Shown: positions 46,801 through 54,492 of the stretch, one piece after another | Layout: each line of letters opens with the position of its first letter | Numbering within the stretch: the stretch's first letter is position 1 | Assembly: GCA_051251855.1 (NCBI GenBank) | Contig: JBPOGI010000006.1 | Location: 32,001 to 96,000, forward strand | Length of the DNA stretch: 64,000 nucleotides | Origin: Roseibacillus sp. | Lineage (GTDB): Bacteria > Verrucomicrobiota > Verrucomicrobiia > Verrucomicrobiales > Akkermansiaceae | Direction: 5' to 3' | The notes under the pieces: generated by a model | The model's input: only the letters and a program-made list of their open reading frames with translations | Told to the model about the DNA's origin: nothing | The model's database searches: none | Program-made: the position numbers and the translations under genes

Positions 46801-48043
46801 GAGTAGGCGTCTTCATAAAGCCGATGTAACCTTCTTGTTCGGTGCTACCGTAGCTGTCGTTAGCAGGCTGTGCGGGGTAAGGCTCGAATTGGGTGAGGGT
46901 AATGTGGCCATTGTTGGTGCTGGCTTTCTTAAGGGCCAGATAGGAGCCGGAAGCGGGGAGTTTGAAGTTGGTATGAAGTTCGTTCGCTGGATCGTTACGG
47001 TCTTTATTAGAGGCAAAGACGACAAGATACTCGTTAGGAGCAAGAACTCGATTGGGAAGAGCCCATTGTTCGGGAGTTGCAGGATCGGTGCTGAGGAAAT
47101 GGCCGGCAAGGTTGATTGAGCTACTGCTACTATTCCAAAGTTCTATCCAGTCCTGGGTGACTCCGTCTTCATCCTCAAGTTCACTTTCGTTGGCGACAAA
47201 TTCGCTCATGATAAGGCCTCCTCGGACAATGGGAGGAATGGCGGGGACGACATCTAACAGCTCCCAAGTCAGGTCAGGACGAATCCATGCCAGCTCGCAT
47301 GCAGCGGGGCCTGTCACATTGTAGTAGACGAGTTCGAGTTGAGCGGTGGGGTTGGTGAAGGTATGGGAGCCTGACGAGACGGCAGAAAGGTGATTGCCGT
47401 CGTCAACAATGACGTCCTCACCGTCGATACGGAGGCGGCAGCCATCGTCACAATTGATGATGAAAGTATACTTACCGGGTGCGTTGACTTGAACGGTGGC
47501 GGTGATTTCGACAGCAAAGTTATCAACCCATCCGCCAGGCCAGAAGTCTCCTCCCGGGAAGTTTCCGTCTGTGCCGTTAATGAAATCGACGGTCTCATAG
47601 CCATCGGTAGTAAAGCCACTTCCAGTCGCGTTGACTCCGTTAAGCAAGCTATCTGCGCTTTCGAGGTAGCTTTGGTTGGGGAAGGGAAAGTCTATCGAGG
47701 AGTAGCTGGTTCGGATGGTGAATTCATCGGAGGTGACTCCGATGGGAGTGGGAACAGAAATGGTTACGGTGTCTGTCGTTGTGTTCGAGCCATTGCTTGC
47801 GGTGAGAGTGTAAGTCGTTGTTTCGAGAGGTCGCACCGTTCGAGAGCCTGAAGATGGAGCGGAACCGATCTCTGGGTCAATGGAGACTGAGGTGGTGTTG
47901 TTAGTCGTCCAGTTGAGGGTGGTTTCCTTCCCGTAGATGGGGTTGCTGTCCGTTACGCTAAAGTGAGAAATGACGGGGGACTGCGCAGGGGAAATCAGAG
48001 TAGCAGTAAGCAGGGCCGCAATGACGGCTAACAGAACTTTCAT
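43811..48043 (-). CDS. Secreted CotH-kinase family protein with PA14, lamin-tail and FN3-associated domains
   Basis: DDGCRL (PA14); SEFVAN...DWIELWN (LTD); IRYTLDGSEP; GIRIRGG.SR, HLYINGLYWGI...ER (CotH); a second LTD domain. Confidence 0.88.
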   Translation of the reverse strand: MKVLLAVIAALLTATLISPAQSPVISHFSVTDSNPIYGKETTLNWTTNNTTSVSIDPEIGSAPSSGSRTVRPLETTTYTLTASNGSNTTTDTVTISVPTPIGVTSDEFTIRTSYSSIDFPFPNQSYLESADSLLNGVNATGSGFTTDGYETVDFINGTDGNFPGGDFWPGGWVDNFAVEITATVQVNAPGKYTFIINCDDGCRLRIDGEDVIVDDGNHLSAVSSGSHTFTNPTAQLELVYYNVTGPAACELAWIRPDLTWELLDVVPAIPPIVRGGLIMSEFVANESELEDEDGVTQDWIELWNSSSSSINLAGHFLSTDPATPEQWALPNRVLAPNEYLVVFASNKDRNDPANELHTNFKLPASGSYLALKKASTNNGHITLTQFEPYPAQPANDSYGSTEQEGYIGFMKTPTPGAPNAISYTDFLKKVTFSTPRGRYDSPFSLTLSSPNPLAEIRYTLDGSEPSAGHGEIYTSPLIINSTTTLRAAAVLAGYRTSKPVTHSYLFVDDIVNQDTSYATSRGWPSAPVNGQVYEYGLDLDNVTAGGGNLNDLKSALESAPSVCMNLAPADFHDFTKGIYSNPEQKGRFWERESSLEIINTDGTSAVQKDCGIRIRGGDSRDPTNPKHAFHLYFRSLYDGDLIHPLFGSEGNVTRFDQIDMRCEQNHSWSRARDDENSLIREQFARKAQGDQGQPYSRGSYFHLYINGLYWGIFNWQERTEADYAANQFGGDDNDYDTVKSSGSSGFFQMEVSDGNDIAWKQLFDLTLAITAEPTEAERTAIYFQMRGLNPDGSRNPNYPVLLNVDNLADYILNLFYTGGHDGPISTFTKSGTNNWFGVRRKDGERGFLFFAHDNEHSMGTSDKTYNRVGPWSNPNSNGNNWGQTWSDGSYRRRHKFDRFNPQHLHEALAYSAEYRMRFMDRVQKSFFNNGPLSESASVARINDLAAQVDPIIHAEAARWGDDDLNKDTWLNIGKAEVLSFILTGGPKPQGETLWPDQSRELLVTQQLQGYEDEGPKPLAATLTAPLFSGPTGGDVPAAHALTITQSNSGATIYYTTDGTDPRAIGGGTSFTALTGAAPITVTLSESSTIRARAYQNSTSEWSAITEATYIVAATPASLANIVISKIHYHPIDEPSPTSGEYLELLNISNQRVNLDGCQFTDGIIFTFDFPEGYLLEPGERCLLVRDEADFAAVFPSVSTSLIAGSYSGALSNGGEQITLLDRDGIAIKDFTYDDAEPWPSVTDGSGPALVLVSPENNPNHGLPSSWRASTNDGGLPGAEETPSYLAWQEIYSLNDTVGTADFDGDNLPNLLEYSLGSDPTSQSSFCMSFGQTTSGGAEYLTVICERVKGLDDIEFTMETSPNLRPPWTPARLLGSFSSSSTGKLVEVYRFPNSKETNPTQFLRAHVKQVP

Positions 48044-48250
48044 AGATGATTGCAGTCGGGTGCCCTACAGGAGGCTGACATCAAGGGGAAGATGTCGGCT
48101 GAGTGAGGGACAGGAACAAGTTGAGGGGTGAGCAAAGAAGCTGAAACGAGAGACTCGCGAAATCGCTTTGCTGACAAAGATATTACTTGTTTCTTGGCTT
48201 TTTGCCAAGAACTCCTTTTTCGGGTCGTGAAGTGATGCCGAACGGCTTGC

Positions 48251-48282
48251 AAAGAAAAACCCCGCCTTTTGAGGGCGGGGTT
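48251..48282 (-). terminator. Rho-independent terminator of the suf operon
   Basis: AACCCCGCCTT-TTG-AGGGCGGGGTT, followed by TTTCTTT on the minus strand. Confidence 0.85.
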
Positions 48283-48324
48283 AGAAGAGAAATGAGTATT
48301 CGGGGACAAGAATTCCCTGTTCCT

Positions 48325-49584
48325 TTAATCGACGCGGGCGAATTTGGCCTCGATGCGAGTGAGGGCGAAGGCTTCGAGGGCTTCGTCGTCGAATTTTTCG
48401 ATGACGTCGGCGGAGAAGCCTTGCGCGATCATGCGGCGGGCGCTGCGGGGGTCGATGCCTCGACTACAGAGGTAGTAGATCTCTTCGTCACTGACGCGGG
48501 AAGAGGTGCTTCCGTGGGAGCACTTCACCTGGTCGGCGTTGATTTCGAGTCCAGGCATGGAGTTGGCCTCAGCTGCGTCGCTCATGAAGAGGTTGCGGCA
48601 GGTCTGGTAGGCGTCGGTGTAGTGGGCGGCTTCATCGACGAAGATGAGGCCGGAGAAGACGGTCTTTCCTTTTCCGAACAAGGTGTTCTTGAAGAGAAGG
48701 TCGCTGCCGGTGTGAGGAGCTCCGTGGTGTTGGAAAGTGCGCTGGTCGTATTCTTGTCCAGTGGTCGGAATGGCAACGGAGAGAATCTCGGAGTTGCTCT
48801 CGGCACCATCGACGGTGGAGTAGGTTTCCTCGCGAGCCCAAGAAGCGCCGATGTGAACGGAGCCTGTCTTGGTGCGAGTATTTTTTCCAAGTTTGGAGTC
48901 TGCCAAACGGATGAAGTGGCTGTGGTCGTTGAGCTCTTGCGAGACGAGGTAGCGCACTTCGCTGTCATCCATGGCGATGAGGTCGCTGACGGAGACGACG
49001 GTGGCGACATCGGTGTCGTTTGCACTCACGAAACGTTCCAGAACGGTCGCTTTGGAACCGGGCATTCCCACAATGAGAATGTAGGGAAGAGTGGTGATCT
49101 CATTTCCGGTAATGAGGTGAACAATTTCGATGGGTTGTTCACAGTCGATACCGATGTTGATGGCGAATCCACCTTCGCTCTTGGCGCGGTGAAGGGCAGC
49201 CAACTTGGGTGAACCGAGTCGTCCCTGCAGGGGTGGCAGGATGCTCTCGATGCAGTCGCCATGGTCGCGAAGGATGTCGCTCAAGGGGCCTGCAATGACG
49301 CCCTCGGGCACGGTGCCTTCGGTGGCTACGAGTTCGTTGTTACAGAACACAAAGCGAATCGCTTTCTCTAAAGCGGGCTCGGGAAGACCATTGGCTTCGC
49401 CACCATGAACGATGTTGGCATCGTCGAGGTTGGCGTTCTTGTAGGAGCCGAAGCGCCAGTTCTCATCTTTACGAGTTGGCCAAGCCAGCTCCGCATACGT
49501 CGTTTCCGCTTCTTGGCGGAGCTTCTGATACCAGTCGGGAAAAGTAGTCACGGTCGGTTTTTCTTCTGCTAAAACAGCACTCAT
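48325..49584 (-). CDS. sufD: Fe-S cluster assembly protein SufD
   Basis: PTRKDENWRF, Q.H.APHT.S, TDAYQ..RNL, PGLEINADQVKCSHG, YL.SRGI. Confidence 0.93.
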   Translation of the reverse strand: MSAVLAEEKPTVTTFPDWYQKLRQEAETTYAELAWPTRKDENWRFGSYKNANLDDANIVHGGEANGLPEPALEKAIRFVFCNNELVATEGTVPEGVIAGPLSDILRDHGDCIESILPPLQGRLGSPKLAALHRAKSEGGFAINIGIDCEQPIEIVHLITGNEITTLPYILIVGMPGSKATVLERFVSANDTDVATVVSVSDLIAMDDSEVRYLVSQELNDHSHFIRLADSKLGKNTRTKTGSVHIGASWAREETYSTVDGAESNSEILSVAIPTTGQEYDQRTFQHHGAPHTGSDLLFKNTLFGKGKTVFSGLIFVDEAAHYTDAYQTCRNLFMSDAAEANSMPGLEINADQVKCSHGSTSSRVSDEEIYYLCSRGIDPRSARRMIAQGFSADVIEKFDDEALEAFALTRIEAKFARVD

Positions 49585-49630
49585 CAAAATTAATTATTAC
49601 TAGATTGTTAGTCGCTACCTAAGAGGTGGA

Positions 49631-51070
49631 CTAGCCGACACTGCCTTCCATTTCCAATTCGATGAGGCGCTTGAGTTCGACGGAGTACTCCATCGGGAAT
49701 TCGCGGACGAGGTCGTTGATGAACCCGTTGACGGCGAGACTCATGGCCTCTGCTTCACCGATCCCACGCTGCTGCATGTAGAAGAGCATTTCTTCGCTCA
49801 CCTGACTGACGCTGGCCTCGTGCTGAGTGACGTGGTCATTACCGCGCACGGTGATGGCGGGGTAGGTGTCGGTGCGGCTGTTGGAGTTGATAAGCAAAGC
49901 ATCACACTCGGTGTTGTTCTTGCAGCCCTTGAGGTGTTTGGGGATGTGAACCTGACCGCGATAGGTGGAGCGTCCTTCGCCCACGGAAATGGATTTGGAG
50001 ACGACGTTGGAAGTGGTGTTGTTCGCGGCGTGAATCATTTTCGCGCCGGTGTCTTGGTGCTGGCCGTCGTTGGCGAGTGCGATGGAAATCACTTCGCCGC
50101 GAGCGCCTTCGCCCTTCATGACGACTCCAGGATACTTCATGGTGAGACGGCTGCCGATGTTGCAATCAATCCAACGAACCTCTGCGCCTTCGTGAGCCAT
50201 GCCACGCTTAGTGACGAGGTTGAAGACGTTCGAAGACCAGTTCTGAACGGTGATGTATTGCACCTTGGCGTTCTTGAGAGCGACGATTTCGACCACGGCT
50301 GAGTGGAGAGTAGCGGTCTCGAACTTAGGTGCGGTGCAGCCCTCCATGTAGGTGAGCTCGGCGTCTTCATCGACAATGATGAGAGTGCGCTCGAACTGAC
50401 CGAAGTTCTCGGAGTTGATGCGGAAGTAAGCTTGCAGAGGCTGCTTCAATTTGACGCCTTTGGGGACGTAGATGAAGGAACCGCCTGAGAAGACCGCGCT
50501 GTTAAGTGCGGAAAACTTGTTGTCTCCGGTGGGAATCACTTTGCCAAACCAAGGACGGAAGATTTCTTCGTATTCGTTGAGGCCTTCCTTGGAGTTCACG
50601 AAGATAACGCCTTCTTTTTCGAGGCCTTCCTTCATGTTAGAGTAGGCGGCTTCGGAGTCGTATTGAGCTTCGACACCAGCAAGGAACGCGCGCTCTGATT
50701 GAGGAACGCCGAGACGCTCGAAAGTCTCTAACACCTCAGGAGGCACGTCGTCCCAGCTGCGCTTGGGAGCTTGACCATCGGAGAGGTAGTAACGAATCTT
50801 TTGGAAATCGATGTTGTCGAGGTCGTGAGTCGCCCAGTTGGTGGGCATGGGCTTGCTCTCGAAAGTCTCGAGTGCCTTGTGACGGAATTCGCGAATCCAG
50901 TCCGCGTCCTTCTTGACGTCGCAAATGTAGTCGACGGTATCCTTGGACAGCCCCGTTCCAGCGTCGAACTTGTGGTTCTCGGGGAAAGTGAAGTCGCCCT
51001 TAGAACGGTCGATGTCGATCGCCTCTGCGGTATCCGCATCGGGTTCGATGGTTTCGGCGTCGAAACTCAT
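49631..51070 (-). CDS. sufB: Fe-S cluster assembly protein SufB
   Basis: [54 protein letters not shown]. Confidence 0.97.
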   Translation of the reverse strand: MSFDAETIEPDADTAEAIDIDRSKGDFTFPENHKFDAGTGLSKDTVDYICDVKKDADWIREFRHKALETFESKPMPTNWATHDLDNIDFQKIRYYLSDGQAPKRSWDDVPPEVLETFERLGVPQSERAFLAGVEAQYDSEAAYSNMKEGLEKEGVIFVNSKEGLNEYEEIFRPWFGKVIPTGDNKFSALNSAVFSGGSFIYVPKGVKLKQPLQAYFRINSENFGQFERTLIIVDEDAELTYMEGCTAPKFETATLHSAVVEIVALKNAKVQYITVQNWSSNVFNLVTKRGMAHEGAEVRWIDCNIGSRLTMKYPGVVMKGEGARGEVISIALANDGQHQDTGAKMIHAANNTTSNVVSKSISVGEGRSTYRGQVHIPKHLKGCKNNTECDALLINSNSRTDTYPAITVRGNDHVTQHEASVSQVSEEMLFYMQQRGIGEAEAMSLAVNGFINDLVREFPMEYSVELKRLIELEMEGSVG

Positions 51071-51816
51071 GCTGCTACCTCCTGCTTTAAAAAGTCGTAA
51101 CCGTTTTTCTCAAGCTCGAGTGCAAGAGACTTGTCGCCGCTCTTCACGATTTTTCCGTCGGACATCACGTGGACGTAGTCGGGCTCGATGTAATCCAACA
51201 AACGCTGGTAGTGGGTGATGACGAGGAAGCCACGGTCAGGGGAGCGCATCGCGTTGACGCCTTTGGCGACCACCTGGAGGGCATCAATGTCGAGGCCGGA
51301 GTCGGTCTCGTCGAGGAGGCAATACTTGGGGTCGAGCATCATCATCTGGAGAATCTCGTTGCGCTTCTTTTCACCGCCAGAGAAGCCTTCGTTCACGGCA
51401 CGGGCGGTGAACTTGCGGTCCATCTCGAGCACGTCCATCTTTTCATACATCTCGTGGTAGAATTTGACGGCGTCGATTTCCTCACCTTTGGGAAGGCGGG
51501 CTTGGCGCGCGGCGCGGAGAAAGTTGGCGTTGGAAACACCGGGAACTTCAGCCGGATATTGGAAAGCGAGGAAAAGTCCGGCGCGAGAGCGTTCGTCCAC
51601 TTCGAGTTCGAAAAGGTCTTCTCCGTCCATGGTGGCTGAGCCGGCGGTGACTTCGTAGTCGTCGTGTCCGGCGAGGACTTTGGAGAGAGTGGATTTGCCG
51701 GAGCCGTTTGGTCCCATAATGGCGTGGACTTCGCCTTTCGGAATTTCGAGGGAAAGGCCCTTGAGGATTTCAGTTCCGTCCACGTTGGCGTGTAAATTTT
51801 CAATAAGGAGACTCAT
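51067..51816 (-). CDS. sufC: Fe-S cluster assembly ATPase SufC
   Basis: [42 protein letters not shown]. Confidence 0.97.
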   Translation of the reverse strand: MSLLIENLHANVDGTEILKGLSLEIPKGEVHAIMGPNGSGKSTLSKVLAGHDDYEVTAGSATMDGEDLFELEVDERSRAGLFLAFQYPAEVPGVSNANFLRAARQARLPKGEEIDAVKFYHEMYEKMDVLEMDRKFTARAVNEGFSGGEKKRNEILQMMMLDPKYCLLDETDSGLDIDALQVVAKGVNAMRSPDRGFLVITHYQRLLDYIEPDYVHVMSDGKIVKSGDKSLALELEKNGYDFLKQEVAA

Positions 51817-51832
51817 CGTCGGTTCGTTCTTT

Positions 51833-52270
51833 TTACTGGTTGGAGCTCGGCATCATGCCTTTCAGGGTGAGCTCCAGCTCCCTGACCTCGACGCCTTGCG
51901 GCAAATCGAGAAAATCTTCAAGTCTTACTCCCTCTTTAAAGACCACATCGTGAATTTTCCCCGTGGTTTCGTCCTGAAAATGGACGTGTTCAGCCAGATT
52001 GGGGCAATAACGAGAGGGAGAGCGGTCGAAATTGACCTGTTTGACGAGTTTGTGACCAACGAGGGCTTCCAAGCAGTTGTAAACCGTTGCTAGCGAGATA
52101 GATGGCATCCGATCCTTGGCTCGCAGAAAGACGTCTTGGGCAGTGGGATGGTCGCGCTCGTCGAGGAGAACTCCATAGACTTCTTTGCGTTGCTTGGTCA
52201 TGCGTAGACCTCCCAGCTCAGACGGGATCTCTTCTGAGCGGTTGGGTGTTGTAACTGGTTGAATTCCCAT
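51833..52270 (-). CDS. Fur-family regulator (PerR/Irr-like, lacks CxxC zinc motifs)
   Basis: [35 protein letters not shown]. Confidence 0.9.
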   Translation of the reverse strand: MGIQPVTTPNRSEEIPSELGGLRMTKQRKEVYGVLLDERDHPTAQDVFLRAKDRMPSISLATVYNCLEALVGHKLVKQVNFDRSPSRYCPNLAEHVHFQDETTGKIHDVVFKEGVRLEDFLDLPQGVEVRELELTLKGMMPSSNQ

Positions 52271-52314
52271 CGACAGGGGAAACTTAGCTTATTGTCGCCT
52301 AATCTCAAGAAGGA

Positions 52315-52331
52315 ATTGGAATGGTTCTAAA
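52315..52331. promoter_or_regulatory. ICE-like (7-3-7) palindromic operator upstream of fur-sufCBD
   Basis: ATTGGAA-TGG-TTCTAAA; one mismatch to TTTRGAAYNRTTCYAAA. Confidence 0.6.
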
Positions 52332-52504
52332 AATATCATAAGCTATTGATTTTAAGTTAAAAAAGCTCGATTTCTTGCTGAGGTGTTTTCGGTCCTACGA
52401 GCTAGGAGTTTGTTGAAGCGCTCCTTGAGGTCTCGGCCCGTATGTGAGGCGGGCACCTTCAAAAAGGCTCGACTTTGAGGGGTTCGCGCAGGCATAGTCC
52501 GTCC

Positions 52505-52549
52505 GTGACGTTGAACTACGAGCTTCTTTCGCTCCTCCTCCTAGCCTAG
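52505..52549 (+). CDS. Putative leucine-rich leader peptide of leuA (14 aa)
   Basis: GTG ACG TTG AAC TAC GAG CTT CTT TCG CTC CTC CTC CTA GCC TAG = MTLNYELLSLLLLA*, 131 nt upstream of leuA. Confidence 0.75.
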   Translation: MTLNYELLSLLLLA

Positions 52550-52680
52550 TGGCCGGGAGTTGAGATTCTATTTGTTCAGCGTCACGGTCGTTTCTTCCTT
52601 CTTTCGAAGAAAACGACGGCTTTGGCGCTTGGCAAAGGGAATCGGTTCGCCAAGAACTGACTCATTAATAACCAAGCAGC

Positions 52681-54354
52681 ATGAAAACTGAATCGATTGC
52701 CAAGTATCGCGCCTTTCCTAAGGTGGATCTGCCGGACCGAACGTGGCCTGACCACGAAATCACGAGCGCACCGCTCTGGTGTTCGGTCGATCTCCGTGAT
52801 GGCAACCAGTCTCTTCCAGTGCCGATGTCGGTGGAGGAGAAGTTGGAGATGTTCGATATGCTGGTGGGGGTGGGCTTTAAGGAGATTGAAGTCGGCTTCC
52901 CGAGCGCGAGCGATACCGAGTTCCAGTTTCTGCGCCGCTTGATTGAGGAGAATCGGGTGCCGGGCGACGTCACTTTGCAGGTCTTGGTGCAGACGCGAAA
53001 GCATCTCATCGAGCGAACTTTTGCAGCCTTCAAGGGGGCTAAGAATGTGATCGTGCACATCTATAATTCGACGAGCACCTTGCAGCGGCGGGTCACCTTT
53101 TCAGATGCCAGCCAAGAGTCGATTAAGCAGATCGCGCTTGATGGTACGCAATGGGTCAAGGAATTGGTACCAACCGTTCCAGAAACCAAAGTGCGCTTGC
53201 AGTATTCTCCGGAATCGTTCTCGGATACCGAGTTGGACTTTGCCTTGGAAGTTTGTGAAGGGGTGATGGCGATTTGGGAACCGACGAAGGAAGAGCCTAT
53301 TATTTTGAACCTGCCGGCCACGGTAGAGTGGTCGACGCCTAACGTGCATGCGGACCAGATCGAGTGGATTTGTCGCCATTTGACGAATCGGGAGGCGGCT
53401 TTGATTTCGCTGCATACGCATAACGACCGTGGCACCGGAGTGGCGGCGACCGAGTTGGGTTTGATGGCGGGCGCGGACCGCGTGGAGGGAACTTTATTCG
53501 GCAATGGTGAGCGCACCGGAAATTTGGATATTGTGATCGTCGCTTTGAACATGAACTCACATGGCGTCGCGACGGGGTTGGACTTTTCGAACCTCTCACA
53601 ATTGCGCGAAATCTATGAGCGTACCACGCGCATGACCGTTCCTGACCGTCAGCCCTACGCGGGCGAGTTGGTCTTCACAGCGTTTTCGGGAAGCCATCAG
53701 GACGCCATTAAGAAGGGCTTCGACCGACGCGCCAAAGATGGAGCTGACGCCAAGTGGGGTGTCCCCTATATGACGATTGATCCTTTGGACATCGGTCGGA
53801 GTTACGAGTCCATCGTTCGCATCAATTCGCAAAGTGGAAAAGGCGGGGTGGCCTATATTTTGGATAAGGACCACGGCTTTGACCTTCCCAAGACGATGCA
53901 CCCACAAGTGGGAAAGCGTATCTACGACTTGGCGGACCAAGAAGGCCGTGAGCTTTCGGTTGAAGAGGTGGGTGAGTCTTTCAAACGCGAGTTTTTGAAC
54001 GTCCAGACCGAACTGGTGTTAGAGGACTACGAACTCGATCACCATGTCGGCGAGCGAGGTGATGTCGGCTGCGTGGCGAAAGTGATCCGTGGCGGAAAAG
54101 AGTTGGAGTTGAAGGGCGTCGGAAACGGCCCTATCAATGCCTTTGTCCATGCCATGAAGGTGGCTGGGTGGAAGGACTTTGCTCTTACTGACTATCGTTC
54201 CCACGCCGTTCGCGGGGGATCGGGCGCTGATGCCGCAGCCTATGTCCAGCTACGCAAGGACTCGGGCGAAATCGTCTGGGGGGCGGGGGTGGACTCTTCC
54301 ATCGAGATGGCCGGTGTCAAAGCGCTGGTTTGCGCTTGGAACCTTCTGCGGTAG
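52681..54354 (+). CDS. leuA: 2-isopropylmalate synthase (yeast/actinobacterial-type LeuA)
   Basis: WCSVDLRDGNQ, GFKEIEVGFP, QYSPESF, SLHTHNDRG, GNGERTGN, AFSGSHQDAI, RINSQSGKGG, GNGPI.A. Confidence 0.97.
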   Translation: MKTESIAKYRAFPKVDLPDRTWPDHEITSAPLWCSVDLRDGNQSLPVPMSVEEKLEMFDMLVGVGFKEIEVGFPSASDTEFQFLRRLIEENRVPGDVTLQVLVQTRKHLIERTFAAFKGAKNVIVHIYNSTSTLQRRVTFSDASQESIKQIALDGTQWVKELVPTVPETKVRLQYSPESFSDTELDFALEVCEGVMAIWEPTKEEPIILNLPATVEWSTPNVHADQIEWICRHLTNREAALISLHTHNDRGTGVAATELGLMAGADRVEGTLFGNGERTGNLDIVIVALNMNSHGVATGLDFSNLSQLREIYERTTRMTVPDRQPYAGELVFTAFSGSHQDAIKKGFDRRAKDGADAKWGVPYMTIDPLDIGRSYESIVRINSQSGKGGVAYILDKDHGFDLPKTMHPQVGKRIYDLADQEGRELSVEEVGESFKREFLNVQTELVLEDYELDHHVGERGDVGCVAKVIRGGKELELKGVGNGPINAFVHAMKVAGWKDFALTDYRSHAVRGGSGADAAAYVQLRKDSGEIVWGAGVDSSIEMAGVKALVCAWNLLR

Positions 54355-54373
54355 CAAGTAGCTCATCCACCGA

Positions 54374-54492
54374 GTAGCGCATCCCTCCCGGGATGTGAAC
54401 GTGCCGAGGACTTTCTAGTCCTTCGGCATCGGTCCGTCACTGGGAAGACTGGAAAGTCTCCGGCACGATCACATGTCGGAGACATGAGCTAC
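54374..54492. repeat. Nested inverted REP-like element between convergent genes
   Basis: Outer arms GTAGCGCATCCCTCCCGGGATGTGA / TCACATGTCGGAGACATGAGCTAC; inner arms CGTGCCGAGGACTTTCTAGTC / GACTGGAAAGTCTCCGGCACG. Confidence 0.75.
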
